Part shown: one piece after another, positions 53,243 to 64,000 of the stretch
How the letters are laid out: the number at the start of each line of letters is the position of its first letter
Numbering within the stretch: the stretch's first letter is position 1
Origin: Aplysia californica
Taxonomy: Eukaryota
NCBI RefSeq assembly: GCF_000002075.1
Contig: NW_004797710.1
Location: forward strand, 102,356-166,355
Length of the DNA: 64,000 nucleotides
Direction of reading: 5' to 3'
Made by a program: the position numbers and the translations under genes
The notes under the pieces: model-generated
What the model was told of the DNA's origin: nothing
What the model saw: the letters and a program-made list of their open reading frames with translations, nothing else
Databases searched by the model: none

Positions 53243-54159
53243 GTAAGCCTAACAAGGGACTGCTAAGTTTGTTTCAGTTCCTGGGAACCTCGTCTACGAG
53301 GAGGTTATTTTACTGTTCGTCTGGAAAAGCTGAAAATGAACAGAAATAAATTTGTCGATAGATAAAAAGTAAAACAGAAAAAAGCGGTATATGTACCTGA
53401 ACTTTCACTTTCATCTCTGTACTAACAATTCTCTTTTAAAAAATGTGTTTTTACGCCCCTATCGACACAAAACTTAGGAGGCGACCCTGCCTGTCAGGGC
53501 CTACTTGTAATAGCCCTCGTGGACTTGATCTGATGCATGAATCGGAAAACACCGCCTCCCCTCCCCATCCGCCTCACGTCAACATTGCCATGTAAACGTG
53601 TTTATGAGGTGACTCCACCGATTTAATACCCATCTCCCATAGAACCGAGCCAAGGAGGGGTAGCCATTAAACTTTTCCAACAAATCATGTGGAGATACTC
53701 ACCATGGTCATCTGCAATTGAACTAACTCATAACTGTGCGCCATCCTTTGACCGGTTTCCGGAGCATAACACTCTGTCGCTCTTTACGAAAAGTCCGATT
53801 GAGAAAATTATTGAGCGTATTAAGAAAATGGGCGATTCTTGCCATGGTCATCCTTAAATAATCGCGCACTCTCTTATACAGTGTACTGGGACCATTTTCG
53901 TTGCGAACATTCTGTTTAAAAAAAGAATGACTGAATCATGGAACTTGTACGTAAATGTAATGTGAAAGTAGAAAGCTTGATGGTAACTGCTTTTTTAGAA
54001 GTTCATTTTCGCCCTTTGTAAGAAAGGGAAAGCTCACAACATTGTACCGAGTTTTCCTCACCGATGAGTTTCAAGTTCAAGTTTCAGCCCACAACCACGT
54101 GACATGAGTGATGGATCCGATTGAGGACGTTTTCGGGGTGGTATCTGTTCCGATGAATG

Positions 54160-54388
54160 GCGGTGGTAGCCTATATTCTCTGGCTGCCGGACCCGTAATC
54201 GTGAGATTGGGGGTTCAGGAGTTTCGACTCGGCTCGGTCCGACATTCTGTTCTTAGAAAAGGCATTTTTACACAATGTTCCTGTTTAGCACGGTCCTTTC
54301 GGATGGGCGTTAGACTCGGGGGTCGTGCCTCATAACTAACTTAATAAATAGTGTTGATGGGGAGTTAACCTATACCATTTCACATTTT
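54160..54388 (+). mobile_element. SINE family 2, diverged copy
   Basis: Colinear with 34104-34336. Confidence 0.85.
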
Positions 54389-55559
54389 TGTCAGCCCCGG
54401 TGCTGTCTTCGGCTTAGCGCGTGGCAAGATGACTTGAGTTGTCGCAAGAATTACAGCAAGAATATTGTACAACTTAATTTCTATAACAGTTGTGTGTTGT
54501 TTTTTTTAATGTGACAAACATTTTAAATTTAAAGAATGGCAAAGTACGTCACCAGATTGATAAGACTGTTGGCGAAGGTTGTGAACATAAGACCACCCGC
54601 GGATCCACTCTTGAAGCATGCAGGGTTCTCACTGGGCCGACTCAGTGGACGTTTTCGAAACCGTGTCAGACCCACTGAAAATGGGACGGGAATGCACGAT
54701 GAGCAACTGTTCATCTTAATTAACACGCCAAGGAGGTAAGGCGCATATACTCGTATATCGTAAACGTTGTTTTATTTTTCTCTGTGGCAGTCATTATTTT
54801 TTTTTACAAAATCGTATTTCCCCCGTTGTCTTATTTCCTATTTTAAATGAGCAAGAGGAAAAGAGAAGAACCATGAAATTTATATCTAAATCACGCGCGG
54901 GTGTGTATCATTGTGATGAATAAATACATTTAACAAAAATAGATAAGTAAATAAGAAATAATTGATTGCATGAAGGGTGATGGTAAACGTGATTTATCCT
55001 GCAAGTGAAAATGCCAAGTTTCACTCGTTTCAACGATAATTATTATAATACTTGTATGCATTTTAGAAATATCCTTCTCTAAATAGATTGGGCTGTCTGG
55101 GATTTTTTTTCCATTTGAGAAACTATTGCACCAGGGGTACGTGTTTCGTAATTCAGAACAAAAGGCACGCTTTCTGCACCTTTTCGACCTTCTTGATTGG
55201 GTTCAAGTCATCTCTCCTGACCCTTTGGCTAGAGCGTTGCCTGGCCTGTCACGACCGTTATGTCAACTCATAACGGCATGCCATTCAGCTGTTTATGCAG
55301 ATCATGCGGTTTGTGCCCGCCGGCTCTGTGCGATTAACGAATTTGATCGTGTGACGTCATAGATATTAGTACTTAAGTTAATCCGGGGGTCGGCACTGAT
55401 CGTTGTAATCTCTTCACCGTGGCCATGAGGCGGGCTGGCAAACAACTACCAGAAAAAAAGAAAGAAAGAAAGAAAGAAAGAAAGAAGGGGAAACCCGGAT
55501 TATGGACAAGAGTGCTTTTCAGCTGGCAAGCAATAATACACTCGATTGACCCCCATTTT

Positions 55560-55562
<3 letters not shown>

Positions 55563-55618
<56 letters not shown>

Positions 55619-55638
55619 TGGGAGAGAGAGAGAGAGAG
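55563..55638. repeat. (GT)n/(GA)n microsatellite
   Basis: Directly visible. Confidence 0.97.
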
Positions 55639-55784
55639 AACAGTACTCATATTTTTTAAAAACCTTCTTCTATTTCAAAGAGGTGATTAGATCGTATCAG
55701 ATAAAGTTCATCTATATATTGACCAAACTCCTGGAATATATACATATAATATATATACGCGCACACACACACACAATGTAGATA

Positions 55785-58700
55785 TGTATCTGCCATGACA
55801 ACCACCTGCATAAATAGCCACTTCCCACCCCTCCCCTTTGCGTTTTAAAAATATAATTTTACCGTGTGAAACAGTCGTCTGCGCAACGCGACCGCGGCCA
55901 CCCTATTTTATCTCCACAAAACGAAAAAAAAACTTGTCTATAAGAACGGCCACCCAAATGGATCTTTCTTCGCCTGACGCTTTGTCATAAATTATGTATT
56001 GGCTCCTGACGCTGTCGACAAGCTGTCATAATGTACACATATTCACCAGTCGTTATTGTTTGATGCCCGATCATGTTGGGTAGGTCACACCCGCTATTGT
56101 TTACCCAGGTTGACCACCGAGTAATAAAATTGTTATCATTGTCAGCTACTGGTGAGAGAAGCGTTTGGTCCGTCATACCTACAAGCCCCGCCCACAAAGC
56201 ATGCACGAAGCGTAAGTGAGGTGACCGGTTACTATTTACCCAGTCGTCAACAATGGAGGTGAACATGAACTTGCGACAGAAGCGTCGCTCATTCTCCGAG
56301 TGGTGGCAATCCCTGTTTAAATATAATATATTATTATTACCTTGTCTTCCTGGTATGACAAATTTCGTATTATTTAACCTTCCTCATTTGATACACTTTG
56401 TAGAATTTATGACTTATTACAGCGGTCGCGAGACTTCGTCTCTCTGCGTAAACAAAAATGTTTCACACATTCAAACAAACCCAGCTGTTGATGACGCACA
56501 TTCACCAGGGAGGCGACAAGGACGCCATTTAATGTTCACAAGCTCAGTGATGGCAATGTGAGATCTGCCTTCCGACTATAACTAAAGAATCGATTTCAAG
56601 CTCTCCAAGACCTGGGAGAAACCGCCCCTAATACAGATGAAGTCAATACCCAATGGAAGCATATTGTTGAGGCCTACACAGAAAGCAGTAAAAAATGTCT
56701 TGGTGTCAAGAAAAAGATTGCAAACAAAAAATGGATACAGCAAGGAACTTGGAATACTATTGAAGAACGGAGAGAAATCAAGAAAAGACAGCTTGCAGCT
56801 AAATCGATGCGGCTACAAGAGAAGTACGCAGAGGATTACAAGGAAGCTTGCCAGAAAGTTAAAAGACTGGTCAGGAAGGACAAAAGAGAAGCCATGGAAA
56901 AGTTAGCAACTGAGGCAAAGGAGGCAGCTGTTAAAGGTGAACAAGGCAACATATACAAGATCACAAGAATAACATGTGGCAAGTACCACGGTGGAATGAG
57001 TGGACCAATCAAAGACAAGGTCGGCAAGCTGCTGACAATCGAGAAGGAACAAGAAGCACGCTGGACAGAACACTTCAGGGAAGTCCTAAATCAACCTCCA
57101 CCTGAGGACACCCCAGACATACAGGAAACTACCTTGGATCTTGATATCAGCTCTGACCCACCACAGAAACACGAGATTGTAAAAGCTGTTAAGAGCATGA
57201 AAACAAGAAAATCTCCAGGAATGGGCAACCTGAATGCTGAATTGTATAAAGTAGACCCAGAACTGACTGCCACCATTCTTCAACCACTATTCAAAACCAT
57301 ATGGGAGGGAGAGCAGATTCCCGAGGACTGGAGCACTGGAGTCATTGTTAAAGTACCAAAGAAAAAAGGTCTTAGAGACTGCAACAACTGGAGAGGTATC
57401 ACGTTGCTATGAGTTCGCAGCAAGATCCTGGCCAAGATTATTATTAATCGGATGTCGGATACCGTATACAGCTGCTTGGGAAAAGAACAGGCAGGATTCC
57501 GCAAAGAAAGAAGATGCACAGATCAGATATTTGCCATCCGCAACATAATAGAACAGTGCACGGAATGGCAGAGACAACTTTATGTCAACCTCGTTGATTT
57601 TGAAAAAGCATTCGACAGTGTGCGTAGAGAAAGTCTTTGGTATATTCTACGCCCTTATGGAATCCCTTGCAAGATATTGGAGGTCATCAAGAGCTTCTAC
57701 CAAAACTTCAAGTGCGTTGTTGGAAACAGTACCACTGCTTTTGAGGTAAAGACAGGAGTTAGACAAGGATGCAACATGTCTGCAATTCTGTTCAACCTGG
57801 CCATTGACTGGGTCATGAGGAAGACAACAGAGGATGCATCAAGAGGCATAAGGTGGACCTTCTCCACCCTCGAGGATCTTGACTTTGCCGACGACCTTGC
57901 ACTACTCTCCCATACCAACCAGCACATGCAGGAAAAAACAAACCGACTCCACAAATACGGACGCCAGATTGGGTTAAGAATAAGCCAGAAGAAGACAGAA
58001 GTGATGGCATTGAATGTAGGCTCCCCAACGCTGATTAGAGTGAACAACACAGACCTGCCTATAACAGACACATTTACCTACCTAGGCAGCATAATCAAAA
58101 CTGACGGCGGCACAAAAGAAGACATCATGAACAGACTCGGCAAGGCAAGATCTGTACACAGAAGTATGATCAACATCTGGAAGTCAGGACAGTTTAGTAT
58201 ACAAACCAAGTGAAAGCTGCATAACAGCTGTGTACTATCCACACTCCTATACGGAGCTGAATGCTGGAGGATGACTGATCATGACCATGCCAAGCTATCT
58301 TCCTTTCATACAACCAGCTTATGCCAAATCCTCAGAATCTTCTGGCCCGACAAGATATCCAACGCAGATCTATTAAGCAAATGTAGGCAAGAGGACATGA
58401 CAGCCATAATAAAAAGGAGAAGGTGGAGATGGATTGGACATGTTCTGAGAAGAGAACCAGACTCTACTGTGAAGACTACCCTCCACTGGACACCCGAAGG
58501 ACGTCGCAAAAGGGGCAGACCCAAAGTGACCTGGAGACGCACAGTAGAGTCTGAAATGAAGTCCTGGAATCATTCGTGGGGTACGCTGACCAAAATGGCC
58601 CAAAACAGAGCTGGAGATCCTTTGTTGCTGCCCTAAACGCCAGATGGCGTAATGGGTAGTAAGTAAGTAGTTGATGACGGCATCACATCAAACGTAGAAA

Positions 58701-58950
58701 TGTAAACCATGTCTGAGCCTTCAACCAACTCTTGTTGGAAACTCAGCAGGTTATGAACACTTATGACCTTATTGTGTTGCAAGTGCCGCAAAACACTTAC
58801 TAAAACAGAACTCAGCATGGTCCGGTTGGGACCTCAGAAGCGAGTGATTTGATTTCTTCATTTTCATCAGTCCTGTCTAAACGACCATCTGTCTTAGACG
58901 GCCTCTTTTCTCCCCAACAATGGGTGGCCGTCTTACACAGGTTCGATTGA
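55785..58950. mobile_element. Family A MITE copy 2, split by an RTE insertion
   Basis: 55785-56400 aligns by eye to 1352-1930; 58860-58930 aligns to 2060-2130. Confidence 0.72.
56497..58669 (+). mobile_element. 5'-truncated RTE-clade LINE (reverse transcriptase pseudogene)
   Basis: NWRGITLL, EQAGFR, DFEKAFDSV, GVRQGC, DFADDLALL, FTYLGS, RWIGHVLR, RGRPK.TW; (TAAG)n tail; TSD GTTGATGACG (56487-56496; 58670-58679). In-frame stops at ~57410 and ~58211. Confidence 0.96.
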
Positions 58951-59997
58951 AAATTAGTTTTTTAGCGAAAATTATTTTTTAAAATTTTTATATATGGCCA
59001 ATCTCTACCAGTGGCGCCCATAAACCATCCGCTAAGGAAACGGGATTTTTTTTTTCGGGGAGGGGGGCGGGGGAGAGGGGCAGGATTGTTTTCCTTAGGT
59101 GTATTATGTGCGTGTGCGTGGAGGTAAAGGCTGGGGGAGGGGGTGGGAGAGAGAAACCAAATGTAATGTGAAAATGAAACAGATTGTAAGGTTTGTTGAG
59201 ACAAAATAGTAATTTTTTTTTCGTGGCGAGTGCTTCTTTAGGCCACATATGGCCTATATACCGTGGAGGCCCCCAGGTAACATTATTTAGGCCACCTATG
59301 GCCTTTTTTCGTGTCATTATAAACTATGTTTTTACATTGTTGTACAAAAAGACATGCTGTGGTCTGTCTCTTTGCACCGAAGAAGAAGTACGCAGCCTGT
59401 GACTAATGAGCACCGTTTTCTCTTTGTGTCTGTAGAGTCAAGCAGAGTCATACATTTTTTACATTGAACATACTATAGTATCATCAACCCCCATGGGTGG
59501 GAAGTGGGCCCAGTCTGTATGTTTGTCAATTAATGCATGCATTTGCTTACTTGTGCTGTGAGGTTTGCCATAGATATGGGTCAGACCATGATAGACATTG
59601 CCATGCGTACTTTACTGACATCAAGTTATATTTCAAGGATTGTGCGGTAATTACGCTAATTTTTCAAAGCCCGTGTTAGGCAGAAAAAGCCTTTTGTTCC
59701 AGGGAGAAATGCGACTTCGAACAAAATGTTAACCCAAGAAAAAAAAAAGAAAATTATAGATGATTTTATGATTCCCAAGTCCAACTATAAGAGAATCAAA
59801 AGTTATTCCTAAAAGACAGTAGGCTATTTGTTACATGGACAACCTTTAGATTTAAGTTCTTGTCTTTCCCTCTTCTGTTTCTGTCTGTCCTTGTCTTGCT
59901 TCGACCCCCCCCCCCCCTCCTTCCCCCAGCATTAAATGACTGTTATCTTGTCGACGTGCTTCTTATTAATGAAAAATATAATGAAACAAAATGTAGT

Positions 59998-60172
59998 GGG
60001 TGGTTGGCAGGTACTCTGGTGTGATTTGCTTCTTCTTTCCTATCAACAAACATCTATCGTCTTCATCTCCCCTCCTTCTTTTTTGTGTTTGTTACTCTCT
60101 TGTAACACCTCTAATCTTCGGTTCTTATATGACCTCATTGTGTTGCAAGTGCCATAAAACACGTACTGAAAC
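59998..60172 (+). mobile_element. Retroposon 3' fragment, family 3, with variant stem-loop tail
   Basis: Matches 62056-62415 and the 58758-58806 tail. Confidence 0.78.
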
Positions 60173-60266
60173 TTTTTTAAAACCCATCTTTTTTCACCTT
60201 TCCAAATGCCCCGCCCCCTCCCCCTTTCACAATGGCCCGCCCCCTCCCCCCTCCGGAAACCAGCAG

Positions 60267-60412
60267 TGCTCATTGCCCCATGCCGTGGCTGGAGTTCCGC
60301 CGACGAGACCAGCCTGAGAGGGGCGCTCACCACCGGCTACGAGACAAACGTGCGACCCTCCGCCGTCACCGATATCTTCCTCACCTTCCACATCACCAGT
60401 ATCGACGACTTG
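60267..60412 (+). CDS. Cys-loop receptor exon: N-terminal helix, Y..NVRP motif, beta1
   Basis: VLIAPCRGWSSADETSLRGALTTGYETNVRPSAVTDIFLTFHITSIDDL; CAGCAG acceptor, GTCAGT donor, phase 0. Corresponds to nAChR E.RL...L..Y....RP...I.D(V/L). Confidence 0.9.
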
Positions 60413-60520
60413 GTCAGTCCATGTCATGACCTTGTTTTGTTCCATTTTAATTTGGAAATATTTACATGTTGTGCATTATTATGCCCTTATCGACGTTGTT
60501 TTAGATGTTTTAGGGGACGA

Positions 60521-61047
60521 CTCCTCCTCCTCTTCCTCCTCCTCTTCATCATCATTATCCTCCTCCTCCTCCTCCTCCTCCTCCTCCTCCTNNNNNNNNN
60601 NNNNNNNNNNNNNNNNNNNNNNNNNNNNNNNNNNNNNNNNNNNNNNNNNNNNNNNNNNNNNNNNNNNNNNNNNNNNNNNNNNNNNNNNNNNNNNNNNNNN
60701 NNNNNNNNNNNNNNNNNNNNNNNNNNNNNNNNNNNNNNNNNNNNNNNNNNNNNNNNNNNNNNNNNNNNNNNNNNNNNNNNNNNNNNNNNNNNNNNNNNNN
60801 NNNNNNNNNNNNNNNNNNNNNNNNNNNNNNNNNNNNNNNNNNNNNNNNNNNNNNNNNNNNNNNNNNNNNNNNNNNNNNNNNNNNNNNNNNNNNNNNNNNN
60901 NNNNNNNNNNNNNNNNNNNNNNNNNNNNNNNNNNNNNNNNNNNNNNNNNNNNNNNNNNNNNNNNNNNNNNNNNNNNNNNNNNNNNNNNNNNNNNNNNNNN
61001 NNNNNNNNNNNNNNNNNNNNNNNNNNNNNTCATCATCATCATCATCG

Positions 61048-61091
<44 letters not shown>

Positions 61092-61109
61092 TTCATCATC
61101 ATCATCATC
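60521..61109. repeat. (CCT)n / (CAT)n trinucleotide tract spanning a gap
   Basis: Directly visible. Confidence 0.95.
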
Positions 61110-61129
61110 AGAGCTTCCCCCACAATAAA

Positions 61130-61650
61130 AACCATGTTGGAATAGAAGGAAATGAGGCAGCAGACCAAGCTGCTGTGAAGCCAGAGAGATTGAAGGAGAC
61201 AGACGACCAACAACATACAGAGGAGTCTTTCCAATGATCAAGAGGGAAATCTGAGACCCACCATGCAGGGCTAAGTACCAGCACCTGGAATATGTGTATT
61301 CTGGGTACTCCTATAAGCGGGAACAAAACATCACATGTCGGTGGGACCAGGTTGAGCTAGCGAGACTGCGGTCGGACCATCATTGGAGCTTAAGATGGTA
61401 TAAGAACTTTGTAAATGAAGAGCTCAGCCCATGTTGCCGAAGATGCGGCCATGAAAAGGAGGATGTCAATGATTGTCAAACCTGTTTGAATGTTCAGGAA
61501 CTATGACAATTCGAATGGAGTTATTTGAACGAGTGGAGGTGCCGCTAAGCATATTATTAACAATGGAGCCGAAAAAGAGCCTCGCTCTCGTTCGAAGATT
61601 TCTTCGTGGAGTCCGCCAGGCCCATTAGGGAAACAAAAAACAAACAAAAA
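61130..61650 (+). mobile_element. 3' fragment of a different RNase H-bearing LINE
   Basis: HVGIEGNEAADQAA, QVELARLRSDH, C..CG...ED; A-rich tail. Confidence 0.75.
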
Positions 61651-62055
61651 ATCATCATAATCATCGAAGAATTCTTTTTTGTTGTTGTTATATAAGTAAA
61701 GCATTACAATGAATTACTAGGAATTTGGCATATATTTCTTATTAGCTAACAAATATCTGGCACATAATCAGACTATTGAAGGCAACACCCCCCCNNNNNN
61801 NNNNNNNNNNNNNNNNNNNNNNNNNNNNNNNNNNNNNNNNNNNNNNNNNNNNNNNNNNNNNNNNNNNNNNNNNNNNNNNNNNNNNNNNNNNNNNCCCCCC
61901 CCCCCCCCCCCACCGTAGATATAAAATAAAGTAAAATTTGAAAAAAATAAATAACACTAGTAATAATGAAGTCAGGAAAACAAGTTTCAATCATCTAGCG
62001 GGGCAGCCTGCTCGACATTGCCCGCCACGGCCATCTCGGGCTGAGACGAAACGTC

Positions 62056-62415
62056 GGTGGTTGGCTGGTGCTCTGGTGTGGTTTGCTTCTTCTTTCCTTT
62101 CAAACATCAATCGTCTGTATCTCCCCTCCTTCTTTTTTGTGTTCGTTACTCTCTTGTAACACCTCTAATCTTCGGCACTTATATGACTGTCCCCGTGGTT
62201 TTATGCACCCCGCATAATTTAGCAAAATTTGATAATTTTTTGCATCATTTCTTATTATTTTCCTTTATAATTCTTTGTTAAAATTAACAGAATCGCATAA
62301 TTTCTCAGTTTTGGGCTCAGTTTGCATAATTTCTGAATTTTTCTTGCATAAAACGACGGGGACAGAATGATATGACCTTATTGTGTTGTAAGTGCCGTAA
62401 AACACTTACTAAAAC
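62056..62415 (+). mobile_element. Family 3 retroposon fragment interrupted by MITE B (62187-62365)
   Basis: The tail GGCACTTATATGA|CCTTATTGTGTTGTAAGTGCC is split by CTGTCCCCGT...ACGGGGACAG. Confidence 0.82.
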
Positions 62416-63298
62416 GTGAAACAACACAGACACAGTGAATTCCTCATGTTTTCCTCTCCTCTTGCCCGTGCTGCCAAAGCGGTCACGAGTTTCCAGGTTT
62501 TCATGGTCTACACTGTCCCTGTCCCGCCCCGGCCGGGCGTTAGGAGGAGTGCCCATTTGTCAGATTGATTCGATCTGAGTGATCAGATTTGATCGGATCG
62601 GGCCTGGTCAAGAGATGGCACTGGCTGGTGCATTCCATATCAAATAGACTTTTTTTTTGCTACGTCAGATTTGACTCGAAGTCTGCGCGATAGCGGAAGA
62701 TCTGACCTCGCAATGTTATATATGACAAGTAGTAGCCTTCTGATTGGCTGATCGCCACGATTTTCATCAAATGCATCCGATCGTGACCTAGGAAAAATAA
62801 CAAGTTTGATTTTGGAGCGCTGGACTGGATTAAACCAAGATGATAACCCTCCCCCTTACCCAACCCGCATTAAAAGTCTGGCCACTCTTTAATGGTATGG
62901 ATCNNNNNNNNNNNNNNNNNNNNNNNNNNNNNNNNNNNNNNNNNNNNNNNNNNNNNNNNNNNNNNNNNNNNNNNNNNNNNNNNNNNNNNNNNNNNNNNNN
63001 NNNNNNNNNNNNNNNNNNNNNNNNNNNNNNNNNNNNNNNNNNNNNNNATGTGCGCACACNNNNNNNNNNNNNNNNNNNNNNNNNNNNNNNNNNNNNNNNN
63101 NNNNNNNNNNNNNNNNNNNNNNNNNNNNNNNNNNNNNNNNNNNNNNNNNNNNNNNNNNNNNNNNNNNNNNNNNNNNNNNNNNNNNNNNCGCTAAAAGACA
63201 CAAATACGCGCCTACAAAATCGCCACATTCGATTTTCATTGGGTTACTATTCTTTCACTATAACAAAGAGTTTGACGTCTCCGTGTCTTTCTTTTCAG

Positions 63299-63343
63299 GA
63301 TATCCAAGCTGAGTCGTTCTCTGTTTCGGGATGGTGGTCTCTG
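63299..63343 (+). CDS. Cys-loop receptor 45-nt exon (loop 2 and beta2/loop D)
   Basis: TTTTCAG|DIQAESFSVSGWWSL|GTGAGT. Exactly 45 nt, phase 0-0, as in the canonical nAChR DEKNQ.LTTN.WL exon; Trp in register. Confidence 0.92.
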
Positions 63344-63744
63344 GTGAGTTGATGTGCTCTTTTTAAAAATGTGGGCATTTGTTATGTGGCTCAATGTTAA
63401 AAACAAGGGTCCTAAAAACAATCAGGGAACGACAAACAAATGCAGTTTTTGGGACACCTGAATAGACATAAGGGTCTTGAACATCTAGCTCTCACTGGCA
63501 AAACTGAAGGCAAACGAGGCAGGGGTAGGTCCAGAGCAACATACTTAGGGAACCTAAACAAATGGGTAACGGGGAAAGATCAGGCCAGGGAAACCTAGCC
63601 TTTTTTAGAGCCTCCGAGCAAAGGAATGAATGGAGAACCATGATCACCGATGTCTGTCGCAGATCTGGCACTGGATGATGATTTGTTACGCCTCCATCGG
63701 GACAGTTTAGATCATTGAGGAGGCGGGGGTTATTATTTTTTTTG

Positions 63745-64000
63745 TTGTTGTAACTTTTACGGCGCTCGCAACTGCATGATGTCATATAAGCGTGCGGGAC
63801 ACATTAAACGTTTTTCAGTTGGTAGGAAATTTTGAATTTGCCCGAGAGGCGGCCGAAGCCTACTCCTATCGATTTTAGACTACCAAGGGATCTTTAACAT
63901 GCGCAACTTGCACACGGGACCTCCAAGATTTTTCGCCCTTGTCCGAGAATGCTAGGTGAAGATCTTTTCTAGCAGAAGATCAGGGGTGTGGCTGAACGAC
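63745..64000 (-). mobile_element. SINE family 1, 3' half
   Basis: Reverse complement of ~16840-17085. Confidence 0.92.

Overview
Gapped draft assembly of an animal genome, probably a gastropod mollusc (inferred from the TE families, microsatellites and abundant AGATCTAGATCT runs; not provable here). Positions 1-48 kb are almost entirely transposon material: a foldback array, a duplicated CMC/EnSpm-like end, Merlin, Gypsy, a ~10-exon Sola2-type transposase, a MULE-like element with a Tc1 remnant inside, piggyBac, and a dense 31-41 kb patchwork of hAT, piggyBac, YqaJ, pogo, I/Nimb and Harbinger fragments. Most of these coding fragments lie on the minus strand. The only host gene I can support is missed by the ORF track: the first three coding exons (53185-53242, 60264/60267-60412, 63299-63343; + strand) of a divergent Cys-loop ligand-gated ion channel (nAChR-like) that runs off the right edge. 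Its introns contain an RTE LINE nested in a MITE, SINEs and microsatellites. A ~42-nt stem-loop 3' tail shared by an I/Nimb LINE and tRNA-SINEs recurs about 10 times, shows compensatory base changes, and has seeded a 34-bp tandem array. All family assignments come from motif recognition by eye; no database search was run.
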